DNA of 64,000 nt. Source: Candidatus Micrarchaeota archaeon. Lineage in GTDB: Archaea > Micrarchaeota > Micrarchaeia > Micrarchaeales > CABMGC01. Each line of letters opens with the position of its first letter. The first letter of the stretch is position 1. Positions 27,192-36,181 of the stretch are shown here, piece by piece. The notes below the pieces were generated by a model that had not been told where the DNA came from, did no database searches, and saw nothing but the letters and a program-made list of their open reading frames with translations. The stretch spans positions 5,003-69,002 of the forward strand of contig JAJZZD010000004.1 of NCBI GenBank assembly GCA_021797745.1, written 5' to 3'. Both the position numbers and the translations under genes were made by a program.

Positions 27192-29036
27192 TCAGGCCAC
27201 AGAAACTATCCATGACGCAATTATGAAAGCTGCCAGTATAACAAAGGGAAACAGTTTCAAAACTGTTCTTCTTATGTCCCTGCCTGTTTTTTCAATCAGC
27301 TTCTTCACGTCGCTTCCCCAAAATCCAAAGTTAGTCATTGCAAGTTTCTTGTAGGAGTAGGAAACCTGTTCTGCGTTCTTCAAAGCAGTCTCTATTGCAG
27401 TATCAAGCACTGGAATAACTGTATTCGACTTAGTATGTCTTCCAAGCGCATTGCTCACGTCGAAAGACAACGAGTTTATTGAATGGGTATCTGTCGTGTA
27501 TAACTCTGCCTCTATCTTGTATCTGTTAGTTATGTGCTCCAATATCTCTTTTCTGAATCTCGGAAGCATGTTGTTAGAATCAAAATAGACCATGCAAAAG
27601 GCTTCCCTTCCGAATTTGAATAAGCCCACGCTGAAATATCCATTTCCTATGTCTGGATGCTCGCCGCCAAGCAGCTTGTTGAGATTGCCGTAAAATGAGC
27701 CGAATTTTATCTGCTTGTCTGGCTTTCCGGATGTTGCGTTTTTTATTGCCTGTTCGTAATAAGCTACGTATTTGCTTCCTGGCTTTATTTCCTTGCGCTC
27801 TTCAGGGCTTGCCGATTCAAATCTCGAATTATGGGCGTCAATCAGTATTACGTTTTCGCCGTGTTTGCTTGCTGCACCGCGCAATTCATTTCCTGCACTC
27901 CTGTTTATGTCCTCTGTTACGAACGGCGCTTTTGAAAGCGTGATTAGATTGGTGTTTCCTATCTTGATGTTTGTTGCCCTGCACATTTCCTTCTTTCCGA
28001 ACGACAAATGGCCTTTTGCAGGTTCGAAGTTCCCTGACTGTGCTGCGTCTATTTTGCTCTTTATCTCTTTTGAAAGGCGGTAAACCTGGCCAGTATTCAG
28101 CGGATTGTCTTCAAGGTCCACTGTGGAATGCACGACAAAAGGCGCTGCAGAATAATTGTTGACAATCATTTTCCCTATAGACTCGGTGGCGACTGCTCCG
28201 CCAGTACTGGCAAACGGGCCATAATGTATATCAGGATTTACGAACACGCCCTTAAGGCCTTCTTTTCCTTTAAGCATTAGTATGTCTACATTTGCATCGC
28301 GTTTTATGCCTGCTTTCATGCCTATTACCTGCACGTCATAGGTTATGTTGAAGAGCCACTGGCTCAGCATGCCGCTCATGACTGCCAGCCCGCTCGCGCC
28401 GAGAAATTTCTTAGCTGGCCTATCCACAAGATACAGAAACAGATAGCCTGCAAGCAGGAACACTGTCATTCCAGCAATCAATTTTATCAGCATCAACGAC
28501 AGAGATGCCTGCCCTGTGAAAAGGTATGCGCTCATAGGAATGTAGAAAATTATGTTAAGTATCGGATGCGTTGCGGCGAACACAACTGCACTCTTCTTTC
28601 TTCCGAGCACTATGCGCTCTATAAGGAACCAGTAGAAATACAGACAGGCGTTGCTTGCCAGGAGTATTGCGAATGACAGCACTACATTAGAGAACAACGC
28701 AAAGAGTGCGGCATTTACCAACATCATTATAGAGTAGAAAAACAATGCAAGCGCCATTGCAAACATTGCGTGCCTGAAAATCAGGTTACGCCTGAAGATT
28801 TTGAGGAAGCCTACTGATATTATTGCAGGCAGGCTTATCGCTATTATACCTGCCGTTATGCCCATAATTGCACTCTGAAAGTACAGACTGCTTGCCTGCC
28901 GGTAATGGATTATCAGGCTTGACGCAGCACCTGTTGCTGCGCCTATTATTACGAAAATCAGGAGCAGCGCCTTTGTGCTAGGCGTGTGAAGCCTGAAGTA
29001 TTTTGAATAGTGAGTTATGCTTTTTTGCGAGGGCAT
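27192..29036 (-). CDS. Large membrane protein of unknown function: ~8 TM N-half, ~330-aa soluble domain, terminal TM
   Basis: The track ORF runs to 29144, overlapping uppS. MPSQKS at 29036 is a plausible start. From memory it resembles the archaeal DUF2070 family; this is unverified. Confidence 0.5.
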   Translation of the reverse strand: MPSQKSITHYSKYFRLHTPSTKALLLIFVIIGAATGAASSLIIHYRQASSLYFQSAIMGITAGIIAISLPAIISVGFLKIFRRNLIFRHAMFAMALALFFYSIMMLVNAALFALFSNVVLSFAILLASNACLYFYWFLIERIVLGRKKSAVVFAATHPILNIIFYIPMSAYLFTGQASLSLMLIKLIAGMTVFLLAGYLFLYLVDRPAKKFLGASGLAVMSGMLSQWLFNITYDVQVIGMKAGIKRDANVDILMLKGKEGLKGVFVNPDIHYGPFASTGGAVATESIGKMIVNNYSAAPFVVHSTVDLEDNPLNTGQVYRLSKEIKSKIDAAQSGNFEPAKGHLSFGKKEMCRATNIKIGNTNLITLSKAPFVTEDINRSAGNELRGAASKHGENVILIDAHNSRFESASPEERKEIKPGSKYVAYYEQAIKNATSGKPDKQIKFGSFYGNLNKLLGGEHPDIGNGYFSVGLFKFGREAFCMVYFDSNNMLPRFRKEILEHITNRYKIEAELYTTDTHSINSLSFDVSNALGRHTKSNTVIPVLDTAIETALKNAEQVSYSYKKLAMTNFGFWGSDVKKLIEKTGRDIRRTVLKLFPFVILAAFIIASWIVSVA

Positions 29037-29097
29037 TTGAACACTGCAATTACGTGAACGCTTTTCATTTCGCAGGCAACCAATTTGAGCGTTTTGG

Positions 29098-29862
29098 CTA
29101 TCTGCCGAATCTTCTGTGCCTGTAGCTGTATTCTGACAATGCAAGGGACAAATCGCGCTTTGTAAAATCAGGCCATAGTTTCTTGCTGAAATACAACTCA
29201 GAATAAACGGATTGCCACGGCATCAGGCCAGAGAGCCTTTCCTCTCCTGAAGTTCTTATTATCAGATCCAAATCAGGAATGGCGCATGAGAAAAGGCTGT
29301 TCTTGAAAGCGCTTTCGCTTATGCTGTAGGAATTTGTTTCTGCAGCATGCGCGGCCATTGTTTTGGCAGCGTGCATTATGTCGTCCCTGCCTCCGTATGC
29401 TATCAGCATATTCAGCTCCCTGTCTCGATAGTGCGCCGTTTGGTCTGATACATCCCTAAGCGCTTTCCTTAGCTTTCCAGGAAGCAAGGAAAGATTTCCA
29501 ACTATGTTGAGTTTTGTTCTGTTTTCGTGCAGCCTGTTTATTATGCTCTTGTCCTTTGCCGCTTTCAAGTAGATTCCGAATAACGCCTTTTTCTCCAAAA
29601 ATGGCCTGTTGAAGTTCTCTGTCGAGAATGCCCATACTGTAATGTTTTTTATCCCGTAGTCCTTGCACCATTCGGCAAAATCTATGAACTTCCTCACGCC
29701 TATGCTGTAGCCATTTGCCACTGAGAACCTGTGGCTCAGCGCCCAGCGCCTGTTTCCATCAGGTATAATTGCCAGCGACTTAGGAACATTTTTGAACATC
29801 AAATCAGCAGGATTGATTACGCTTATGAGTTTTAAAAAGCTTATTATTTCACGCAAAAGCAT
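29098..29862 (-). CDS. uppS: cis-Prenyltransferase (undecaprenyl/dehydrodolichyl diphosphate synthase)
   Basis: IIPDGNRRWA substrate-binding motif, and ...IRTSGEERLSGLMPWQSVYSELYF. Confidence 0.9.
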   Translation of the reverse strand: MLLREIISFLKLISVINPADLMFKNVPKSLAIIPDGNRRWALSHRFSVANGYSIGVRKFIDFAEWCKDYGIKNITVWAFSTENFNRPFLEKKALFGIYLKAAKDKSIINRLHENRTKLNIVGNLSLLPGKLRKALRDVSDQTAHYRDRELNMLIAYGGRDDIMHAAKTMAAHAAETNSYSISESAFKNSLFSCAIPDLDLIIRTSGEERLSGLMPWQSVYSELYFSKKLWPDFTKRDLSLALSEYSYRHRRFGR

Positions 29863-29935
29863 TGAACGCAGTGCGTGTTTGCAGCATTAGCCTATACCTG
29901 AGAAAAGTATATTAAGTGATTATTACCAGTCATTC

Positions 29936-31810
29936 ATGCAGAACTGTCTCGGATCTGAGAGCATGAATGTTATTCTCATAGTTGGAATTTTGATAATAGC
30001 AATAGTGGCTGTTTCTGCGATCCTGATAATCCAGAATGTGTCGGTTGCCCCTAAATCCAGGCTTATGCAAGACATTACGAAACTTAGCGGAGTAAACCAG
30101 GTTGATGTGACCTATGCAATTAATTACAGCAATCTTGGAAGTGGAACTCTACCTTCAAATGCCAACGTATCGTTGGAGATTTACAAATTGGGAAACGCTA
30201 TGAAAATTCTAATAAGCTCAGCAAGCGTTTATGGAACGTCAGTGGCCGCAGTCTACCTGGAAAATAACTTCTCTGTAAATTGCAACCAGGCAAGTTATGC
30301 TGGTTACTACGCTTACTCCGGCCAGCTGCAATGCACAAGCACACCCTTAAAATATTTCAAAAGTTACGGAGCGGGGATGGGTGGAGTCCTGAATAAAACG
30401 CTAAATCAGATGAAGATATCTTACGGCAACCAGCAGACCATTATTGGCAGGAGCTGCGACAGCTTCCTGATAAATCTGAATAGCACCGGTTTATACGGAA
30501 TTTTTAATGCAATTGCCAATTTTTCCAACAGTTCAGGCAGTACATTATCATACATAGACCAAGGGATAAGCCAATCGCTCCACGGGTCAAACATACGCCT
30601 TGGGCTGTGCCTGGATGCAGGCACGGGAATCCCGCTCAGCATGAACGTTTCGCTTCTTAACTATTCGTCAATATTGGGCAAAAACACAACAACATTCCTG
30701 TTTTCGATGAAAGCAGTAAACTTCTCCACACAGGTAAGCAGTTCAGTATTCAGAATACCTGTGAATTTCTCAGTTTCTCAAAATGTGGAATGCACTAGCA
30801 AAAGCGTAGCGTTCAATCTGACATCATTCATAAACACCACAAACGACACAGTTGTAGTAAAAGTTCCGGAAGGCACAATTTATCCGGGGGTTTATTCAGA
30901 TGCCGTAGCGCAGCCAGTCCCGTGCATAGGAATAAGCTGCAACATGCAGCAGGCAAATGCAACAGGGATAGGCAAAATAAATTCAAAATATGTAACGGCA
31001 TGGAGAACCTATAATGTAACTGCAACATTGAACACGTCGCTGCAAAATGGATTCTATTATCCAATCATATGCTTTAATGGAGCTTGCCAGGCATCCAGTT
31101 TGGGTTCTTTTTGCTATGTTAACAATTCAACTTCTCAGAGCCACAATGTTTTAATTCAGAGCGGGAATCTGAACGTTTCATATGCAAATGAAACCCAGAA
31201 CATTACGATGCCAAAAGGCAGCAGCGTTTACATGTATCTGTTTTCCGGAGGAGGCCTCTACCCTTCCACGCCATTCATAACAGGAAATTACATAATTGGC
31301 ATTGGCGCAGATGGCCAGATAAATACGGGACTTGCAATTACTAGAAACAGCTCGGATTCATTCAGTACCCAGAATATATATTATTCAATTGCAGGCATAG
31401 GCGTGAGCGGCTACAAGTATTACGGGGATTTATACAGGCTTAATGTGCCGCCAATAGAGCCAAACACAACGTTCAACTTCTCTTTCACGCTGCCTGAAAA
31501 GGCATTTGTTGTGTTTGCAGTTTCATCAGGAGGCACACAATACACGGCGCTTAACAGTTCAACACCGTTTAAAATGATTGCTGCCAACTGCCCTAGCTAT
31601 GGCGAAACGTGCAGCGGAGGCAGCGGATTTGAAATTGCAACCGCGAATTTGACAGCAGGAACCTACAACTTCTCTGACTTTTCCACAAATTACGATTCGG
31701 GATCCAATACAAGGTCCGAACTAATCGGCGTATTCGCGTTCTCAAATTCATCTGCAGGCTTCATCAGCAAAACCATCTCCGGTTTGGGCTCAGGACCAAA
31801 CGCAAGCTGA
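29936..31810 (+). CDS. Signal-anchored, heavily sequon-decorated surface protein (paralog A)
   Basis: N-terminal TM MNVILIVGILIIAIVAVSAILII. I counted about 30 N-x-S/T sequons by hand. The C-terminal ~195 aa are shared with ORF 32993-34318. Confidence 0.7.
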   Translation: MQNCLGSESMNVILIVGILIIAIVAVSAILIIQNVSVAPKSRLMQDITKLSGVNQVDVTYAINYSNLGSGTLPSNANVSLEIYKLGNAMKILISSASVYGTSVAAVYLENNFSVNCNQASYAGYYAYSGQLQCTSTPLKYFKSYGAGMGGVLNKTLNQMKISYGNQQTIIGRSCDSFLINLNSTGLYGIFNAIANFSNSSGSTLSYIDQGISQSLHGSNIRLGLCLDAGTGIPLSMNVSLLNYSSILGKNTTTFLFSMKAVNFSTQVSSSVFRIPVNFSVSQNVECTSKSVAFNLTSFINTTNDTVVVKVPEGTIYPGVYSDAVAQPVPCIGISCNMQQANATGIGKINSKYVTAWRTYNVTATLNTSLQNGFYYPIICFNGACQASSLGSFCYVNNSTSQSHNVLIQSGNLNVSYANETQNITMPKGSSVYMYLFSGGGLYPSTPFITGNYIIGIGADGQINTGLAITRNSSDSFSTQNIYYSIAGIGVSGYKYYGDLYRLNVPPIEPNTTFNFSFTLPEKAFVVFAVSSGGTQYTALNSSTPFKMIAANCPSYGETCSGGSGFEIATANLTAGTYNFSDFSTNYDSGSNTRSELIGVFAFSNSSAGFISKTISGLGSGPNAS

Positions 31811-31944
31811 TGGCCGAAGAACAGTTAGGAAAAAGGCAATGCCCAAAAGGCAAATAAAAGCCAGCAAGAGCAAATAAGAGCTAGAACTTGTGATTGTTTT
31901 GGCATTAGGCAGTCACTACTTATCATTTCACTTCATTACACACG

Positions 31945-32259
31945 CTAATTTTGCTCCCAGATATTGCGTTCGGCAGAAACAGAAAACTTTGTAGACCCAG
32001 ATGTCCCGGCGAACATCGTTATTTGGCATTTTTTAATTATGCTGTCAGCTGACTTAGGCGTTGTCGTATCTGCATCTTCAAATATAATAATTGAGTTTTC
32101 CGTTTTTATTACCAGGGGTCCGTAGTAAGGTTGCCGACTTCCTGATTTGTTGCTGCTGCCATTTCTAAGCGACTTAACAAGTTTTGATACATTCTGCATC
32201 AATGCATCTATTTTTTGTTCCATATGATTTTTTTGACTCGCCATCTTTTTCTGCCACAC
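31945..32259 (-). CDS. Hypothetical protein
   Basis: 104-aa ORF beside the IS remnant. No motif recognised, and coding status is uncertain. Confidence 0.25.
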   Translation of the reverse strand: MWQKKMASQKNHMEQKIDALMQNVSKLVKSLRNGSSNKSGSRQPYYGPLVIKTENSIIIFEDADTTTPKSADSIIKKCQITMFAGTSGSTKFSVSAERNIWEQN

Positions 32260-32417
32260 CGATTCGTTCAGTCGTATCCTGTTTGAGAATGTATGACATA
32301 AAGTCGTTTAACAGTTTTTTTGGGATTCGGTAGCACGCTTCATGAAATTGACTGAGGTATAATAGTCTTCAAGTATTGACTATGACATAAGGGCTTCACC
32401 CTTATAATCCTGCTGCA

Positions 32418-32956
32418 CGAGCGATTTCCTCCCCCGACTACGTCGGGGGTATCTCAATCGCTCGAATTAATTAAACTGAAGTTTCATTTGATACACGTCT
32501 TCTTTGTGTGGCGCGAATGGTTCATAAGAAACATCCTGTCTTCGTATGTAATTCTTTATGGCTTCTTCATTTGCAGGACCTACACTGCTGTTGCTGTACT
32601 GACCTCCCCAAAAACTTCCTTTTGGATATCGTTTTGTGTAATTTGGCATTTCCTTGAAAACTTTCGATGCTGAATGTGCTGCATTTCGACTTCTTTGAAT
32701 GCATCTGCAACAATTTTCTGCGTCTTCGGATTTTTGAAGACCTTGAACTTATATTTCGATACAAGCACAACGTGCTGAAAATTGTACTGAAATTCCGGTG
32801 CGTTTTTATTTCTTTCATACCCTATTCTATCCATAAGATTACTTCGGCGGCAAAATATCGGCAGTTAAAACCTGCTACACTTTGCCGTTAGAAGGATTAT
32901 TGCAAAAATGATTGTATATTACTGAAGAATTAGACAACCCCTGACGAAGCCAGGGG
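32418..32956 (-). mobile_element. Decayed IS200/IS605-family element (tnpA remnant flanked by hairpins)
   Basis: A nested hairpin lies at 32418-32464 (CGAGCGAT...CCCCCGAC-TAC-GTCGGGGG...ATCGCTCG), directly after the tnpA-like stop. A second hairpin, CCCCTG-ACGAAGC-CAGGGG, lies at 32938-32956 upstream of it. The boundaries are approximate. Confidence 0.5.
32467..32834 (-). pseudogene. tnpA: Frameshifted IS200-type Y1 transposase (tnpA) remnant
   Basis: Frame 1 (32580-32834) gives YNFQHVVLVSKYKFKVF, matching the N-terminal beta strand/KYR box. Frame 2 (32467-32649) gives KGSFWGGQYSNSSVGPANEEAIKNYIRRQ, matching the C-terminal lWs-sYf-svG...YI-Q box with the catalytic Tyr. I found no intact HUH motif. 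Confidence 0.55.
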
Positions 32957-32992
32957 AATTCTTAAGGTATTAATATACGATAATATGCGACA

Positions 32993-34318
32993 GTGAAAAT
33001 TATGCCATTCAACAAATTTTTTGCACTGGTTTGGATTGGCGCCGCTGTGATTATTATAATTGGCTTGCTAAACGTCTTTTCAGCGGAGAGCCTTCTGTCG
33101 AGCCCCGGTTTTTTAAAGCCATGCACCGGATCCATAAGTTCAAGTAGTTCTTTTACTTGCGTTGAATCCAATGCTATACTGCAAAGTGCAGTAGACGATG
33201 TAATCATTGCCGCTGCGGGAGTGGCTATTGATGGTATTGCAATCATCGTCCTCTCGATAATTTTAATGGAGAAAAACAGTAAAACCAATAGATTAACTCA
33301 ATTTATTGCAGGACTGGCGATTGTAGCAATACTACTAGGAAGTAGGTACCTTACCACAACTGCTTTGTCATTTGTTGGTTTGGGAGCAGTCGTGGTGGTT
33401 TATTCTAGCTATAAAATAAAACTTTTGACGAATGGGCAACAGGCGCAGCCTGTGACAACTCAGCAGGCAATGCCAACAAGCCCAACTGTGCGTCAAGCAC
33501 AACAAAATATTGACGCACGGCAAGGCGCAAAGATGCCGAACCGGTTTGTCGTGGCACTGGCAGTGGTTGCAATTGTGGTAATTGGTGCAATCATTTTGAC
33601 TAAAATGCAGTCGCAGAGCAGTGCAATCACGAGCACAACAACAGTAATTGGCTGCGGCCAGAATACGAATTGTGCATCAAGACCAAATCCATTAGTCGCA
33701 AATGCAAACGAGTCGACAAGCTTAAGCCTTCCGGGCGGTTATGACGCATACATCTTCGCATTTACGGATGGAGGCGCTTACAACACAACTCCGTTCGCAA
33801 AGGGAAATTACGCAGTAGGGATCGGCGCCAATGGGCAGGTAGACTCAGGGCTCGCAATCACAAACAGTAGCAGCGATTCATACACAACGCAAGATGCAGG
33901 CTATGCGATAGCCGGTGCTGCGGTGAGGGATTACAAATATTATGGAGATATGTACAAGTTGAACGTGCCACCAATCGAAGAGAACACAACATTCAATTTC
34001 TCGTTTACGCTGCCGGAACCCGCTTTCGTTGTTATTGTAACAGTTTCCGGCGGGGCCAGGTACAACACAATTAACAGCACCACAAGTTTCACTGTAGACT
34101 CAGTAGCGCATTGCCAGACGTCTAACAGATGCAGCGGAGTTGGCATCGGAGGCTACGAAATAATATCGGCAGACCTAAACGCGGGAACCTACAACTTCTC
34201 TGACTTCTCGACGAACTACGACGCAGGATCGGGCACGAGGTCCGAGCTCATCGGCATATTCGCGTTCTCAAACTCGACAGCAGGCTTCATAAGTAATCCT
34301 GTTTCTGAGCTAAAGTGA
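32993..34318 (+). CDS. Surface protein paralog B: 4-TM N-module, Q-rich linker, internal signal anchor, shared C-terminal domain
   Basis: C-terminal residues ~248-441 align with paralog A at roughly 55-65 percent identity by eye. The internal MPNRFVVALAVVAIVVIGAIIL (from nt 33533) mimics paralog A's N-terminal anchor. Confidence 0.65.
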   Translation: MKIMPFNKFFALVWIGAAVIIIIGLLNVFSAESLLSSPGFLKPCTGSISSSSSFTCVESNAILQSAVDDVIIAAAGVAIDGIAIIVLSIILMEKNSKTNRLTQFIAGLAIVAILLGSRYLTTTALSFVGLGAVVVVYSSYKIKLLTNGQQAQPVTTQQAMPTSPTVRQAQQNIDARQGAKMPNRFVVALAVVAIVVIGAIILTKMQSQSSAITSTTTVIGCGQNTNCASRPNPLVANANESTSLSLPGGYDAYIFAFTDGGAYNTTPFAKGNYAVGIGANGQVDSGLAITNSSSDSYTTQDAGYAIAGAAVRDYKYYGDMYKLNVPPIEENTTFNFSFTLPEPAFVVIVTVSGGARYNTINSTTSFTVDSVAHCQTSNRCSGVGIGGYEIISADLNAGTYNFSDFSTNYDAGSGTRSELIGIFAFSNSTAGFISNPVSELK

Positions 34319-34438
34319 CACCGCTTTTTAATTTCTGGTTCAACAGGCTTACTTTCGATGATTAAACTACATAGTCAAATCCAGAACAATGTTTAAATAC
34401 AGGCGTATTTTGAATGGAAATGCTGAAAGTGTTAAAAT

Positions 34439-35635
34439 ATGGAAACCTATTCAAGAGCTGCTGAAAACCAAAAGTTTGACGTCAGGGTAAGAATCGAAGC
34501 GCCGCATGCACCTCTGAAAAGCATCGAAAGAAAGGTCATTGACCGAGTCACCCGCAGCAATTTAGGATATGCAATTGTAAATACGTTAAACGAGAGTAAA
34601 CCAACCTGGACATGGATTGCCGGATATTCGGTAATTTGTACTGCGGTCAATATAATTGCAGGAAATACTGTTTTAGGCAGTCTGATTTTAGGTTTAGAAA
34701 TTGCGAGCGTAAGTTCAACTGGTATTTTGCTTTTGCAAAATAATAGATATGGAAGATTAAACTCAACGATGTCTTTTATTCCTGAAAGCGGAACTACTCG
34801 CAAGATAGCAATTTTTACTCCTGAAGTATTGATTCGCTCAAAAAAGGCAGTGAAAGACGAGGCTTATTATGAGATACTTGCAGATGGAGTTTCAAAAGCA
34901 GTCACTGAAGCACGGAGATTAGATATATGCCCTCCAATTGACAATTTGAAAATAAATACCAGACGCAATATGCTCACCATAGCAGGCAAAACGAATGGAA
35001 ATACGTTAGATATTTCGTACAATGATTGGAAAATGGAGTACAACGTTGCAACTTATGTAGATAATGTATTACAGCCTTATGAAAAAATAAGTACGCTAGA
35101 AAAGTCTTTGTTTATGCCTGGCCGCGAAGAATACATGATACCTGATCAAGATAGGCAGCAGATAAAAAGTTTAATTCCAGTGATGAAGTACGGGACTGTA
35201 ATTCATGAATTTGGACATTTTGTTCAAAATGCCAAGATGAAACATAGTTCCTACTTTGACCTGAAAAATATGCCGTATATGGAAGGCGGCGCAGAGCTAT
35301 TTGCTGCAGCAAGCTTGGTAAATCCAGAATTTGAAGGTAGCAAAAAAATAAATGAATTGATTTCTATTTTAAGAACGGATCAAAATATTCCACAAGGCGA
35401 AATAGACAAAAAATATGAATTTATTACTAAAGGCAATCCTGATTCAAGAGAAGCAGGGCGCAGGCTCAATTCATTGCTGACGTTATCGCGAAGACACAAA
35501 GCAGGTGCAGTATTCGCTGCTGTTTCACTAATGATCAGTGGCGACCCAGATAAAGTAACGAAAGGAATGCTTACTGAAAAAAGAAAAGTTTTCGTAAATG
35601 AAATTGCCGAATTGGTTGCGGGAAAAAGAAAGTAA
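34439..35635 (+). CDS. Membrane-associated HExxH zinc-metallopeptidase-like protein
   Basis: GTVIHEFGHFVQN motif, two hydrophobic helices near residues 55-100, and a downstream MEGGAELF as a possible third ligand region. Confidence 0.45.
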   Translation: METYSRAAENQKFDVRVRIEAPHAPLKSIERKVIDRVTRSNLGYAIVNTLNESKPTWTWIAGYSVICTAVNIIAGNTVLGSLILGLEIASVSSTGILLLQNNRYGRLNSTMSFIPESGTTRKIAIFTPEVLIRSKKAVKDEAYYEILADGVSKAVTEARRLDICPPIDNLKINTRRNMLTIAGKTNGNTLDISYNDWKMEYNVATYVDNVLQPYEKISTLEKSLFMPGREEYMIPDQDRQQIKSLIPVMKYGTVIHEFGHFVQNAKMKHSSYFDLKNMPYMEGGAELFAAASLVNPEFEGSKKINELISILRTDQNIPQGEIDKKYEFITKGNPDSREAGRRLNSLLTLSRRHKAGAVFAAVSLMISGDPDKVTKGMLTEKRKVFVNEIAELVAGKRK

Positions 35636-36181
35636 CAAGGGCTCACGGATTAAGAATTCTTTAGTTTCTCTATCCTGTTTTCGCCAGTTGACAAGTGAAT
35701 TACTTGGGACTGTCATTTCCTTTCATCCACTCGGGCCACTTTTCAACTCCTTTGCGCGCTGCCTCCAATATACCATTCTTTTCAGAACCAGTTTCATCTT
35801 TTTCGCTGCAACATCTGTCATAGTACCACGGAAAAATATCGGCAGAGTAAAAGGTATTAAAGGTTGTGACGCCTGTGCGGGTTTTGAATAAAAGATTGTT
35901 CATGGGAAGGAATTAATTCTGGCGCAGTACACACAGGAATCAGCATATCTGCGTCGCCAGCTTCAAGAACAAGCTATATAAACCTTTTCCGAGCAAAATG
36001 TAGTGGTGCTGCTATGCAGACACTTCGCTTGTAAAGGAACTTATTAGAGAGCGAGCGCTTTTGCGTTCTGGTTTTGTGAAAATAAGAAGTTTTTAGCTAA
36101 TAGCTAGAAGCACCTTTCGAGTTTGTTTGCAATTTGCAAGCACAAAATTATGCGTGATATCGCCTTCGGCGATTGATTTGA

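Noticed and set aside
35598-35891. A 97-aa plus-strand ORF overlapping the end of the HExxH gene
   Set aside because: It overlaps a better-supported CDS and the opposite-strand small ORF, and its composition does not look protein-like.
35700-35903. A 67-aa minus-strand ORF between the HExxH gene and the rRNA leader
   Set aside because: It has no motif and no clear start context, and it lies in the probable rRNA promoter/leader region (TATA-like CTATATAAACC at ~35974-35984). I left it uncalled.
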